Assembly (NCBI GenBank): GCA_000991245.1
Contig: LBRD01000001.1
Span: 69,467 to 133,466, forward strand
Direction: 5' to 3'
DNA from: Parcubacteria group bacterium GW2011_GWC1_36_108
GTDB lineage: Bacteria; Patescibacteriota; Minisyncoccia; Moranbacterales; GWC2-37-73
DNA: 64,000 nucleotides
Of this stretch, positions 46,687 through 56,753 are shown in pieces. The notes beneath the pieces were generated by a model, which was given only the letters and a program-made list of their open reading frames with translations, had not been told where the DNA came from and searched no databases. Positions within the stretch are counted from its first letter, which is position 1, and each line of letters opens with the position of its first letter. The position numbers were made by a program, and so were the translations under genes.

Positions 46687-48168
46687 TTATTTTAATTTAT
46701 TAATTAGCATTTCCATTACCACTTGAGGATTCGCTTTACCGCCAGTTTCCTTCATAACCTGCCCCATTAGGAATTTAAGTGCATTATCTTTCCCTGCTTT
46801 ATAATCTACAACTGATTTTTCATTTACACTAAGAACACTGTCTACAGCGGCTTCCAACTGCGAAGCATCTTCCATTTGCCCAAGATTTTTTTCTTCAATG
46901 ATTTGGGATGGATCGCCACCAGTGTGATACATTTCCTTGAGCACGGTTTGCGCAGCAGAAGAATTTATTTTCCCATCCGCCACAATTCCAATAAACTCAG
47001 CATAATTCTCAGCTGAAATTTTAAGGTCACGAATGTCGTGATTATTCTCTGCCAAATGCTTGCGAACTTCTGATATAAGATAATTCACTGCCAACTTAAT
47101 GGTTTTTTCTTCGCCAACTTCAATTTCATGTGAAGAAATTTTTTCCTTAATTTCACTAATAACATTTTCAAAATATTCAGCCAAATCAGCTTGGGCAGTT
47201 AAGATCAAAATATCATCCATCTTTAACCCATATTCCTCAGCAAATCTTTTCTCTTTTGCAGCAGGAAGTTCTGGCAATTTGCAGCGTAAATTTTCAACAT
47301 ACTCAGCAGTAAATTCCATCGGTGGAATATCTGGTTCTGGAAAATATCTGTAATCATGAGCGGATTCTTTTTTTCTTTGCGACACTGTCACATTTTTCAC
47401 ACTATCCCAACCGCGAGTTTCCTGAACAATTTTTTCTCCATTTTCCAAAGCCTCAGTTTGACGTTCAATTTCATAGTTAATGGCTTTTTCCACAAACCTA
47501 AAAGAGTTGATATTCTTCACTTCCACTTTAGTTCCGCTTAGTTTTTCCTCATTTTCTTTGTGCAGTGAGAGATTAACTTCGCAGCGCATATTGCCCTTTT
47601 CCATATCCGCATCAGAAATGCCTAAGTAGCGACAAATTTGCTGAAGTCGGGTGCAAAATATCCGAGCTTGCTCCCCATTTTCAATGTCAGGTTCCGTCAC
47701 AAGCTCCATTAAAGGCACTCCAGCGCGGTTATAGTCCACTAGAGTATAATCGGCGCCCTCGGGATGAATCAGCTTTCCTGTGTCCTCCTCGAGATGAATT
47801 CGGGTCACTCCAATGTGCTTTTCTTCGCCATTAGACGTTTGAATATCCATATGTCCCAACCCGCAAAGTGGCTGGTCATATTGTGAAATTTGATAGCCTT
47901 TTGGAAGATCTGGATAAAAATAGTTTTTGCGGTCAAATTTAGATTTCAGATTTAACTCACAATTTAGCGCAAGCCCTGCCAATTGCACAAACTCAATAGC
48001 CTGCTGGTTTGGCACTGGCAAAGTTCCCGGCTGCGCTGTGCAAACAGGACAAATATGAATATTTGGTTTTTTCTCAAGTCCAAGTCCATTTTTGGAATTA
48101 CAAAACATCTTAGAATGTGTTTTGAGCTCCACATGAACTTCCATACCGATGACTGGGATATATTTCAT
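46687..48168 (-). CDS. gatB: Asp/Glu-tRNA amidotransferase subunit B
   Basis: GMEVHVEL, FDRKNYFYPDLPKGYQISQ, HLEEDTGK, DYRYFPEPD. Confidence 0.97.
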   Translation of the reverse strand: MKYIPVIGMEVHVELKTHSKMFCNSKNGLGLEKKPNIHICPVCTAQPGTLPVPNQQAIEFVQLAGLALNCELNLKSKFDRKNYFYPDLPKGYQISQYDQPLCGLGHMDIQTSNGEEKHIGVTRIHLEEDTGKLIHPEGADYTLVDYNRAGVPLMELVTEPDIENGEQARIFCTRLQQICRYLGISDADMEKGNMRCEVNLSLHKENEEKLSGTKVEVKNINSFRFVEKAINYEIERQTEALENGEKIVQETRGWDSVKNVTVSQRKKESAHDYRYFPEPDIPPMEFTAEYVENLRCKLPELPAAKEKRFAEEYGLKMDDILILTAQADLAEYFENVISEIKEKISSHEIEVGEEKTIKLAVNYLISEVRKHLAENNHDIRDLKISAENYAEFIGIVADGKINSSAAQTVLKEMYHTGGDPSQIIEEKNLGQMEDASQLEAAVDSVLSVNEKSVVDYKAGKDNALKFLMGQVMKETGGKANPQVVMEMLINKLK

Positions 48169-48282
48169 AAATAATTTTTAATTTTTAATTTTTAATTTTT
48201 AATCAATTTCAAATGACCAAATTTTAAAATTAAAAATTCATATTTTATTTCAAATTTCAAATTAAAAATTTCAAATTTTGCT

Positions 48283-48621
48283 TTAACGGTTGTCTCCATT
48301 TCCATGTGTCATATTTCTTTCTCTCCTACTTCTTATTTTTTCTATATTGTCATTTGCAACATCATCAAGAGAAAGTTCAAATTCGCTAGCAATCTGGGAA
48401 AGATACCATAAAACATCTCCCAATTCTTTTCCCACTTCTTCTCTTGAACTATCGTCTACCACGCCATCCTTATCTCTGATGATTTTCTTTATTTTTTCTG
48501 CAACCTCACCAGTTTCGCCCGCTAATCCAATCACAGGAAAAGAAAAATTGCTTCCAATTCCGGGATAAATAGCGTGTTTACGAGATTCTTTTTGATATTC
48601 ATTAAAGTCCATATCTTTCAA
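48283..48621 (-). CDS. MazG-like nucleoside triphosphate pyrophosphohydrolase
   Basis: GLAGETGEVAEKIKK...KELGDVLWY. Confidence 0.88.
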   Translation of the reverse strand: MKDMDFNEYQKESRKHAIYPGIGSNFSFPVIGLAGETGEVAEKIKKIIRDKDGVVDDSSREEVGKELGDVLWYLSQIASEFELSLDDVANDNIEKIRSRRERNMTHGNGDNR

Positions 48622-48633
48622 ACTTAGAATAAT

Positions 48634-49059
48634 TTATTTTAATCCAGTACTTCCAAACCCTCCATCTCCCCTGTTTGTTTCTTCCAATTCTTCCACTTGC
48701 TCAATTTCCGGTATTTCAATTTTTTGAAAAAGCACCTGTGCAATTTTTTGACCTTTTTCTATTTTAAAATCCTCTTTTCCTAAGTTTACCAGCCCAACCA
48801 AATATTCGCCATTATAATTACTATCAATAACACCGCCCAGCGTTTTAATCCCAAATTTGTGTGATGGACCACTTTTATCCCAAATAAGGGCTGCATACCC
48901 CTCAGGAATTTTTATTGCAATTCCAGTAGGACAAGAAATTCTTTCTCCTGGCTTTAATATTAATTCAGTAACAGAATATAAATCCATCCCAACATCGCCA
49001 GCCAGCGCGAACTGCGGAATTTTAGCATCTGGATGAAGTTTTTTTATTTGAATTTTCAT
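48634..49059 (-). CDS. dut: Trimeric dUTPase
   Basis: GMDL, KSG, GVIDSNYNGE, KIAQ, RGDGGFGSTG. Confidence 0.93.
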   Translation of the reverse strand: MKIQIKKLHPDAKIPQFALAGDVGMDLYSVTELILKPGERISCPTGIAIKIPEGYAALIWDKSGPSHKFGIKTLGGVIDSNYNGEYLVGLVNLGKEDFKIEKGQKIAQVLFQKIEIPEIEQVEELEETNRGDGGFGSTGLK

Positions 49060-49060
49060 T

Positions 49061-49666
49061 TTATAATAAAATTTCTACCTGCTCAATAATATCCTTGTGC
49101 ACTTTATCAATCTTTTGTTTTGCGCTTACCTTTGTCCAGCCATAACGATCACAAAGTAAAAAATGAAAATTTCTACAAATTTCGATTCTTTCCGAATCCA
49201 TTTCATTACGATGATCTTTCTCGATGGCACTCAAAAATCTTGGACCATCCATCAATATTTCCAAATCAGGTTTCAATAAATCCTCATTTATATCTTCAAC
49301 ATAATCAAGCTTTCCTCCCCATGTCAAACCCCAAGAAATTCCCGTACCAGTATAATCCTCAGCCACAATCCATTCCCCATTTTTCAATCTTTCTCTTAAG
49401 GTTGGCTCATAACGCATGCGGTTTTCTGCATATTTTTTTTGCAGTTTGTGCGTGGAAAGTTCATTATTTTTTCTAAATTCCGGATCACGAAGATATTTAT
49501 AAATAAAAGGTCCTTCTGGTTCCAAATCATAAACGGGATATTTTAAACGCGAAGCATTTTTGCCTTTGCTTTTCAAATATTCTACCAACAATTCAACTTG
49601 GGTAGTTTTCCCAATACCATTAATTCCATAAATGGCAATGAATTTTCCCGTTTCTTTTTCCGTCAT
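49061..49666 (-). CDS. tmk: Thymidylate kinase-like protein (divergent)
   Basis: GKFIAIYGINGIGKTTQ P-loop, LKPDL; lies between folA and dut. Confidence 0.75.
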   Translation of the reverse strand: MTEKETGKFIAIYGINGIGKTTQVELLVEYLKSKGKNASRLKYPVYDLEPEGPFIYKYLRDPEFRKNNELSTHKLQKKYAENRMRYEPTLRERLKNGEWIVAEDYTGTGISWGLTWGGKLDYVEDINEDLLKPDLEILMDGPRFLSAIEKDHRNEMDSERIEICRNFHFLLCDRYGWTKVSAKQKIDKVHKDIIEQVEILL

Positions 49667-49670
49667 ACTA

Positions 49671-50156
49671 TTATTTTTCTAATTCTAAAAATGTATATTC
49701 AAAATTTTCGTCACTGCTTTTTCTTTCGCTAACAACTTTTGTAAATTCGGAATATTCAGGAAAGAAAACGTCAGCATCAAAATTTCCTTTCACAACGGTT
49801 AAATACAATTTATCAGCCATCCCAATAGTCTGAGCATATACACTGCCCCCACCGCAAATAAAAACTTCTTCCTTTTCAATCTCGCGCGCCTTTGCAAAAA
49901 CTTCATCAAAAGTTCTAGCCATAATAACGCCTTCGATATTACAATCCGGATCATTAGACAAAACAATAGTGGTGCGATTTGGAAGTGGCTTTCCGATTGA
50001 TTCAAAAGTTTTCTGCCCCATCACAATCACATGTCCAGAGGTTTTTTCCTTGAAAAATTTGAAATCCTCCTTAATATGCCAAAGCAGCTGATTGTTTTTT
50101 CCAATCGCTCTATTCTTAGCTATGGCACAAATTATACTAATTTTTGGATTGTACAT
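49671..50156 (-). CDS. folA: Dihydrofolate reductase
   Basis: AIGKNNQLLW, MGQKTFESIGKPLPNR, GGGSVY, DVFFP. Confidence 0.95.
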   Translation of the reverse strand: MYNPKISIICAIAKNRAIGKNNQLLWHIKEDFKFFKEKTSGHVIVMGQKTFESIGKPLPNRTTIVLSNDPDCNIEGVIMARTFDEVFAKAREIEKEEVFICGGGSVYAQTIGMADKLYLTVVKGNFDADVFFPEYSEFTKVVSERKSSDENFEYTFLELEK

Positions 50157-50162
50157 ATTTTT

Positions 50163-51074
50163 TTACACTGCAATTGGCGCTTTAATTGCTGGATGTGGGT
50201 TATAATTTTCCAAGGTAAAATCTTCGTATTTAAAATCAAAAATATTTTTCACTTCTGGGTTTATTTTCATAGTTGGAAGTTCTCGCGTATCGCGGGAAAG
50301 CTGCTCAGTTACTTGATCAAAATGAAAATTATAAATATGCGCATCGCCCAAGGTATGCACAAATTCGCCAGCCTCAAGTCCGCAAGCTTGTGCAATCATC
50401 ATTGTGAGTAGCGCATACGATGCAATGTTAAACGGCACTCCCAAAAGCGTATCTGCACTTCGCTGATAAAGCTGACACGAAAGTTTTCCATTTGCCACGT
50501 TAAACTGAAACAACAAGTGACACGGCGGAAGTGCCATTTTATCAATGTCACCAACATTCCAAGCTGACAAAATAATTCGACGAGAATCAGGATTATTCTT
50601 GATTGTGTCAATGACTTGCTGGATCTGATCAATTTCTTTTCCGTCAGTGGTTTTCCATTTCCTCCATTGCACACCATAAACCGGTCCAAGCTCTCCCCAC
50701 TCTTTAGCAAAAACGTCATCAGCTTTTATTTTCTCAATGTAGTTTTTCATTTCCGCCTTCCATTCCTCTGAATATTTTGGAAATTTTTCAGCCAAATTAT
50801 TTTTTTCAAGATAGGATTGAAATGGCCAATCATTCCAGATGTGTACATCATTATCTACCAAATATTTAATATTTGACTCACCTTTTAAAAACCAAATAAG
50901 CTCATGAATAATTCCCTTAAGAAAAACTTTTTTAGTTGTCAAAAGAGGAAAGCCCTTTTGCAGATCAAATCTCATCTGATAACCAAAAACACTTTTGGTG
51001 CCAACACCCGTGCGATCATTTTTTTGGACACCATTATCCACAATGTGTTGCAACAAATCCAAATATTGTTTCAT
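50163..51074 (-). CDS. thyA: Thymidylate synthase
   Basis: [39 protein letters not shown]. Confidence 0.97.
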   Translation of the reverse strand: MKQYLDLLQHIVDNGVQKNDRTGVGTKSVFGYQMRFDLQKGFPLLTTKKVFLKGIIHELIWFLKGESNIKYLVDNDVHIWNDWPFQSYLEKNNLAEKFPKYSEEWKAEMKNYIEKIKADDVFAKEWGELGPVYGVQWRKWKTTDGKEIDQIQQVIDTIKNNPDSRRIILSAWNVGDIDKMALPPCHLLFQFNVANGKLSCQLYQRSADTLLGVPFNIASYALLTMMIAQACGLEAGEFVHTLGDAHIYNFHFDQVTEQLSRDTRELPTMKINPEVKNIFDFKYEDFTLENYNPHPAIKAPIAV

Positions 51075-51101
51075 AAATTTTGGAAACTTTAAAAAATAAT
51101 T

Positions 51102-51656
51102 TTATGAAAGATTTTCTTTAATTATTTCATCAACTTGTGCATACAATTCTTGATATGTCCCATCGTTATTCACAACATAACTGGCATAATTTTTCAAATC
51201 GCGAATTTGAATTTCACTATCAGCATCGTGTTCAGCTTTAAATTCTTCAAATGTCTTGGTTGAATCATCAGTATTTTCACCGCGTTTAACAATGCGCTCA
51301 TAACGATTTTGCATATCAGCCTCCATATAAACAAGTTTAAAGTGTGGCAATTCTTTAAGGAAAGTAATATCGGCCAATCTTCGCACTCCATCAACAACCA
51401 CAATGTCATGTTCATCATTTTCAACATCGTGATACATCGATTTTGCCATTATGTCCTCACTAAAATTCTTTCTCAAAATCATTGAGAGTATCTGGATATT
51501 TTCGCGTGATTGTTCCAAATATAACCTGTCGAGAACATCTCTCAGGATTGTTGAAAAACGATGGGAACTTCCACCACGCTCCGTTGTTACATGTTTTGCA
51601 ATTGTCCCTTTTCCAGATCCCATTTCACCAGTAATTCCCAAAATTAACTTTGCCAT
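51102..51656 (-). CDS. P-loop nucleotide kinase (dNMP kinase / dephospho-CoA kinase-like)
   Basis: GITGEMGSGKGT, VVDGVR, RYERIVKRG, VNNDGT. Confidence 0.75.
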   Translation of the reverse strand: MAKLILGITGEMGSGKGTIAKHVTTERGGSSHRFSTILRDVLDRLYLEQSRENIQILSMILRKNFSEDIMAKSMYHDVENDEHDIVVVDGVRRLADITFLKELPHFKLVYMEADMQNRYERIVKRGENTDDSTKTFEEFKAEHDADSEIQIRDLKNYASYVVNNDGTYQELYAQVDEIIKENLS

Positions 51657-51657
51657 A

Positions 51658-52149
51658 TTATTTTTGCCTCTTTTCAAAAATTAAATTATTTTTAGTTTCA
51701 TATTTTCGATAAACCACGCCAGCCAAATCTAACATTTTTCTAGATGCCACCCAAATTTCATCATCATGATATTTATCATCTTCGAAGATAATTTCTCTGA
51801 TTCCATTTTGAATAATAGTCTTAGCGCATTCATTGCAAGGAAACAAAGTGCAATATAGTCTAGAACCCTCAGTTGAAGCATTGGCATTATAAATCGCATT
51901 TTCCTCTGCATGCACAACGTAGGCATATTTTTTTTCACAAAAAGTTCCCTCTCTCGCCCAAGGCAAATCACCATCCCCACAACCTCGCGGAAACCCATTA
52001 TATCCAAGACCAATAATTACATTTTTTTCATTCACAATACAAGCCCCATTTTGCGTGTTTGGATCCTTGGAACGATTAGCGATAACTTTCGACATCTGCA
52101 TAAATGTTTCATCCCAATCAAAATATCCCTGTCGCTTATCATTTTCCAT
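51658..52149 (-). CDS. dCMP deaminase
   Basis: WDETFM, RSKDP, GYNGFP, HAEENA, PCNEC. Confidence 0.92.
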   Translation of the reverse strand: MENDKRQGYFDWDETFMQMSKVIANRSKDPNTQNGACIVNEKNVIIGLGYNGFPRGCGDGDLPWAREGTFCEKKYAYVVHAEENAIYNANASTEGSRLYCTLFPCNECAKTIIQNGIREIIFEDDKYHDDEIWVASRKMLDLAGVVYRKYETKNNLIFEKRQK

Positions 52150-52247
52150 AATTTTTGATTATTAATAGTTGCTTCTTCATTATATACACTTAATCAAATC
52201 CAGTAAATACCATATTAGAACATAAAAAAGACACCCACGGGTGTCTT

Positions 52248-52715
52248 TTAAAGTTTATTTTTATCTATAATTTTTCGTAAATCTTCAGGCAAAATTGTTA
52301 TAACTTCAATATCAGCAAAAATATTAACGGAATTACTAATTTTCTTCCTTCTTGGAATTATTTGCCAATGCAAGTGTTCTATCGAGCCACCAGCATCAAT
52401 ACCAATATTTGCTCCAATATTAAAATCTTCAGTTTTGAAAATTTGACTCAACTTTTTCATTGTTTTTTCTAAAATATCCTGAAATTCAAACCATTCATCT
52501 TTTAATAAGTCAGCTACATTGCGAACGTGTCTTTTTGGAATAATCATCACATTACCATCCATATATGGATATTTATTAACAACAACCATCCAATGTTTAC
52601 TCTCCAAACTTAAACATTGCTGCTCATTTATAGTCTTTTTATCACAAAACTGACAACAGCCAGTAGTAGGCTTGTTTTTTCTATACAATGCTCTTTTTGG
52701 TTCGTAAATTTTCAT
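52248..52715 (-). CDS. HIT-superfamily nucleotide hydrolase/phosphorylase
   Basis: CQFC, NKYPY..G, AGGSIEHLHWQIIPR (HxHxQ type). Confidence 0.85.
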   Translation of the reverse strand: MKIYEPKRALYRKNKPTTGCCQFCDKKTINEQQCLSLESKHWMVVVNKYPYMDGNVMIIPKRHVRNVADLLKDEWFEFQDILEKTMKKLSQIFKTEDFNIGANIGIDAGGSIEHLHWQIIPRRKKISNSVNIFADIEVITILPEDLRKIIDKNKL

Positions 52716-52786
52716 AAAAGTAAATATTAAAAGCCGCCAATATATTAATTATATCAGCGGCCTTGCGAAAGCGCAATTTGCAAAAA

Positions 52787-53302
52787 TTAACCTTTTGCTC
52801 TCAATTCTTTTATAATATCCGTTGAATGAATATCAGAGAACGGAGGCAGCATTACTATTTTTCCACCCAACTTGATTACAGTATCAATTTGATGTTTTCT
52901 TTCAGTTGGCTTTCTATGTGATGACTCCGACATGACAAAGAATTTTGGCTCCACAATTTCAATTAATTCAACCTGCTCCTCAAAAGAAAAAATGTACACC
53001 ATGTCGACACAATCAAACTCGGATAAGCTCAAGGCCCGCGCTTGCTGATTGTAATACGGGCGATCAGGACCCTTAATTTTCTTAACGAAATCGTCATCGT
53101 TAATTCCGACAACTAAGACATCTCCGAGACTTTTTGCATGATTTAGATATCTAAAATGTCCATCATGCAAAACATCAAATGCCCCAGTAGTAAGTACCAT
53201 CTTTTCGCAACCATTAGTTTTGATTGCTTGACAATTAAACAGCAAATCTCGCATATTACCAATCACTTTCAAACAAATATTTCTGTCGCCAAGATTTTTC
53301 AT
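52787..53302 (-). CDS. Cytidylyl/adenylyltransferase (RfaE/TagD-like)
   Basis: TTGAFDVLHDGH, GINDD, KGPDRP, HSTDII. SD AAGGAG before MKNLG. Confidence 0.85.
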   Translation of the reverse strand: MKNLGDRNICLKVIGNMRDLLFNCQAIKTNGCEKMVLTTGAFDVLHDGHFRYLNHAKSLGDVLVVGINDDDFVKKIKGPDRPYYNQQARALSLSEFDCVDMVYIFSFEEQVELIEIVEPKFFVMSESSHRKPTERKHQIDTVIKLGGKIVMLPPFSDIHSTDIIKELRAKG

Positions 53303-53475
53303 ACTTACTCCTTTCAAAAAAGTAGTGACGTGAGATTATAATAATAAGAACTATTACCCAAATACTAACAACATATAAACAATGCAGTCAAGAGTTACAC
53401 AAAAAAAAGACACCCGTATGAGTATCTTTTTTGTGAACTCTAAGTTCCTAATTCCTAACTCCTAAATCCTAAGTG

Positions 53476-54153
53476 TTATAAAGCAATCTTAATTCCAGGT
53501 CCCATGGTTGAGCAGATGGAAATTGTCATTACATATTTTCCTTTAATTCCAGATGGACGAGCCTTTTGGATTGCATCAACAAACATTGCATAATTTTCTT
53601 CCAATTTTTTAGCATCAAAAGAAACTTTTCCAATAACTTGATGAACATTTCCAGTATTATCATTTTTGAAACTTAGTTTTCCTTTTTTAAGCATTTCAAC
53701 AGCTTCCTTGATTTTGTCTGTTACTGTTTCAGTCTTAGGTGATGGCATAAGCCCACGGGGTCCAAGTATTTTAGCAACGCTGGCAAGTTTTGGCATCATT
53801 TCAGGGCTTGCAACGATCACATCAACTTCTTCCATTTTCCCAAGTTTAATTTTTTCAATCAAATCTTCAGCTCCAACAAAGTCAGCACCAGCCTCCTTGG
53901 CTTCAGTCGCCTTGGTTGATGTTATAACTGCAATTCTAGCAGCTTTGCCAATTCCGTGTGGAAGAACAACAGCTCCACGAACTTGTTGATCGCCTTTTTT
54001 AGGATCAACAGCTAATCTGATGTGAACTTCAACAGCTTCATCAAATTTTGCAGTCTTTGTTTCTCTTACAAGAGCCAATGCTTCTTCGGCAGTGTAAAGT
54101 TTGTTTTTTTCTACTTTTTCGGCAACAGCCTTGTACTTTTTTCCTCTTTTCAT
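53476..54153 (-). CDS. rplA: 50S ribosomal protein L1
   Basis: KFDEAVE, LPHGIGK, LGPRGLMPSPK, STMGPG. Start MKRGKKY. Confidence 0.97.
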   Translation of the reverse strand: MKRGKKYKAVAEKVEKNKLYTAEEALALVRETKTAKFDEAVEVHIRLAVDPKKGDQQVRGAVVLPHGIGKAARIAVITSTKATEAKEAGADFVGAEDLIEKIKLGKMEEVDVIVASPEMMPKLASVAKILGPRGLMPSPKTETVTDKIKEAVEMLKKGKLSFKNDNTGNVHQVIGKVSFDAKKLEENYAMFVDAIQKARPSGIKGKYVMTISICSTMGPGIKIAL

Positions 54154-54162
54154 CTTTTTATT

Positions 54163-54204
54163 GTGGTACAAACAAAGTCTGCGATAATCGCCTACTTCTC
54201 CCAC
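54163..54204 (-). promoter_or_regulatory. L1-binding autoregulatory leader
   Basis: GTGGGAG...GCGATTATCGC...ACCAC just upstream of rplA, the typical L1 mRNA target layout. Confidence 0.65.
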
Positions 54205-54220
54205 CTAATTAAATTATAAA

Positions 54221-54340
54221 TATAATACTAATATGCAAATTTATACTAATACGCGAATACGCTAATGACGCAAATGAAAACGTGAGCACTGATTTGCATA
54301 TTTGCATCATTCGCAGAAGGTCATTTGCATCATTTGTATC
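54221..54340. repeat. Empty TGCGAAT/ATTCGCA palindromic element between rplK and rplA
   Basis: Left arm 54221-54275, 16-bp spacer, right arm 54292-54340. Confidence 0.85.
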
Positions 54341-54344
54341 AGGT

Positions 54345-54773
54345 CTACTGTTCGATTTTAATTCCCATTGATCTTGCTGTTCCAGCCACAATCTTCATTG
54401 CACCTTCAACATCATTAGCATTAAGATCAACCATTTTGGTTTTAGCAATTTCTTCTAGTTGAGCTTTAGTCACAGGCTTTCCAACTTTATCTTTCAATGG
54501 ATTTCCAGCACCTTTTTCAGCACCTGCAGCTTTTTTCAAAAGTTCTGCAGCTGGAGCAGTCTTCATGATAAAATCGAATGTTCGATCTTCATATACTGTG
54601 ATTTCAACTGGCACAACTTCTCCCATTTTATCGCGAGTTGCATCATTGAAACGCACGCAGAATTCTTGAATAGCAACACCATGCTGACCCAAAACTGGAC
54701 CAACTGGAGGAGCTGGATTTGCTTTTCCACCAACTATTTGCAACTTGATAACTGTTTTAATTTTCTTTGCCAT
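54345..54773 (-). CDS. rplK: 50S ribosomal protein L11
   Basis: [25 protein letters not shown]. Confidence 0.97.
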   Translation of the reverse strand: MAKKIKTVIKLQIVGGKANPAPPVGPVLGQHGVAIQEFCVRFNDATRDKMGEVVPVEITVYEDRTFDFIMKTAPAAELLKKAAGAEKGAGNPLKDKVGKPVTKAQLEEIAKTKMVDLNANDVEGAMKIVAGTARSMGIKIEQ

Positions 54774-54797
54774 AATATTTTTACCTTATACTTATTA

Positions 54798-55343
54798 TTA
54801 TATCTTAGTGATTTGCAAGAAATCTAATTCTACAGGAGTTTCACGTCCGAAGATTGTAACTAATACTTTAACCTTACCCTTCTCTTCATCAAATTCTTGA
54901 ACTTTTCCATCAAAATCTTTAAACGGTCCTTCGTTGATTTTAACTGCATCACCATTTTTAAGATCAATTTTGTATTTAGGTTCAGACACTCCCATTCGCT
55001 TTTTAAGCATTTCTATTTCTTTTGGATCAACTGGGGTTGGTGTTGTTCCAAGTCCAATAAATCCAGTCACGTTTGGCGTGTTTCGAACAACATACCAAGA
55101 TGCATCCGTTACCACCATATTTACTAACACATATCCAGGATAAATTCGTTCTTCAATAACCGTTCTTTTTCCATTTTTAATTTTAATCTTATTTTCCTTT
55201 GGCACCATTACATCGAAGATTAAATCTTGCATATCCATTGATTCGATACGCTGCTTTAGGTTTCGAGTAACATTGTCTTCATAACCAGAATATGTGTGAA
55301 TCACATACCAAGCTCGCCCATGATGTTGTGTCTGTTTCGCCAT
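54798..55343 (-). CDS. nusG: Transcription factor NusG
   Basis: WYVIHTYSGYE, YPGYVLV, KOW motif, IFGRETPVEL. Confidence 0.97.
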   Translation of the reverse strand: MAKQTQHHGRAWYVIHTYSGYEDNVTRNLKQRIESMDMQDLIFDVMVPKENKIKIKNGKRTVIEERIYPGYVLVNMVVTDASWYVVRNTPNVTGFIGLGTTPTPVDPKEIEMLKKRMGVSEPKYKIDLKNGDAVKINEGPFKDFDGKVQEFDEEKGKVKVLVTIFGRETPVELDFLQITKI

Positions 55344-55507
55344 TTTTGTCTGCGAGGTACGAGCAGCTACAAAAATGAGCGTCCCGTCTCGATTCTTTAA
55401 TTAATCTTTAAACTACATGTGACTAAGCCGGAGGCGATTCCGTGAACATAACTACAAATTTCAGAAAACTATCTTTGGAATCGTGACTGGGAAGCCACTC
55501 AATATTG

Positions 55508-55696
55508 TTACTTTATAATAAATGTCTTCAAAATGTAACTAAAAATCCAATCTAATCCCCCAAGAAATCCTGCAACAACCAAGCTAACTGCGACCACAAG
55601 CAACGTATAATTCACTGTTTGCTTTTTGGTTGGCCAATTCACTTTCAGCATTTCTGCCTTAGCTTCAAGGAAAAACTGTATAATTTTGTTAATCAT
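55508..55696 (-). CDS. secE: Preprotein translocase SecE
   Basis: EMLKVNWPT followed by one TM; upstream of nusG. Confidence 0.92.
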   Translation of the reverse strand: MINKIIQFFLEAKAEMLKVNWPTKKQTVNYTLLVVAVSLVVAGFLGGLDWIFSYILKTFIIK

Positions 55697-55894
55697 GTAA
55701 CATGTAACATGTAACATGTAACATTTTAGGCAAACAGCAATGTTTTTGCTATATGCTATATGCTATATGCTATATGATTTTAAGGTTTTTTAAAAAGCCC
55801 TCGGGGCTTTCTTATAAATTAAATATACACCATACGGCATTTCTTGTCAATGGAGCCAAAAAAACAAAAAATCCCCATTTCGGGGACATTTTAT

Positions 55895-55971
55895 TGGTGG
55901 GCTTATCAAGATTCGAACTTGAGACCTCGTCATTATCAGTGACGCGCTCTAACCAGCTGAGCTATAAGCCC
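55895..55971 (-). tRNA. tRNA-Ile(GAT)
   Basis: GGGCTTATAGCTCAGCTGGTTAGAGCG-CGTCA-CTGATAA-TGACG-AGGTC..GTTCGAATC..TAAGCCCACCA. Confidence 0.95.
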
Positions 55972-56009
55972 GTATAATTTGTAAAAGCTGCGTGATAAAC
56001 GCAGCATTG

Positions 56010-56082
56010 TGGACCGGACAGGACTTGAACCCGCTACCTCCTCAGTGCAAGTGAGGCGCTCTACCAGGTGAGCTACCGGCCC
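56010..56082 (-). tRNA. tRNA-Ala(TGC), CCA not encoded
   Basis: GGGCCGGTAGCTCACCTGGTAGAGCG-CCTCA-CTTGCAC-TGAGG-..GTTCAAGTC..CCGGTCCA; G3:U70 identity pair present. Confidence 0.93.
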
Positions 56083-56150
56083 ATAAATGAGCTACAAAAA
56101 CAATTATAACAGTATAAAAAAATTTGTCTATAGTACGCTACTCTTGTACG

Positions 56151-56753
56151 CTACTCTTTTATTTCCAAGTGACTTTCAAGATATTTATCCCTTAAATATA
56201 TAGCGCAGGCTGTTATCACCTTAAAATCATCTAGTTTAGCATTTTCATACAAAAATCTCTTTACTGGCGTGTAGGGATTATTTTCTCTCATACCCGCGAG
56301 TTCCGTTAACAAAACGATTGAATATTTTTCAACGTCATATTTTGTCTGCAATTTAAATTTATCCAAAGTTTCAAATAAGCTTTTTCTATTATCTTCATTA
56401 TCGATCGATGCTTTCCACCCAACCTTTTCAATAAATGCAATGCCATCTGGCGTAAGATTTACTGGACTATTTGTGGAAAAAAGATCTGGATTATCAAGAG
56501 TATTTTTTTCAGCTAAAGCAGCAATGAGCGTATTGAATTTTTCAAGTAGTTTAGTGTGTTTTTTATCTAACGATTTTATATCCTTTTTTACATCATCAAA
56601 CAAGCACATGGTACTATTTGTCTTATCAACAAATCTAAAAATACGAATGGCTATACCTACAATTATATAAACAGCCCAAACAACAAAAGCAACACTGACA
56701 AGCCATGCTGGCATTGGAAAATTAGAAGCTATTGTTAATAAGAATGTTTCCAT
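56151..56753 (-). CDS. Hypothetical membrane-anchored coiled-coil protein (NSPVNLTPDG motif)
   Basis: TM, coiled coil, small helical domain; 200 aa. Confidence 0.7.
   Translation of the reverse strand: METFLLTIASNFPMPAWLVSVAFVVWAVYIIVGIAIRIFRFVDKTNSTMCLFDDVKKDIKSLDKKHTKLLEKFNTLIAALAEKNTLDNPDLFSTNSPVNLTPDGIAFIEKVGWKASIDNEDNRKSLFETLDKFKLQTKYDVEKYSIVLLTELAGMRENNPYTPVKRFLYENAKLDDFKVITACAIYLRDKYLESHLEIKE

Noticed and set aside
48283-52149. Phage-type DNA base modification or nucleotide-depletion defence system
   Set aside because: ThyA, DHFR, dUTPase and dCMP deaminase look canonical and sit among core genes; housekeeping explains them.
54209-54391. Short ORFs with shared peptide (ICKS..FASLAYSRI) here and at 10261-10578
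   Set aside because: They are translations of the palindromic repeat overlapping real genes, not a protein family.
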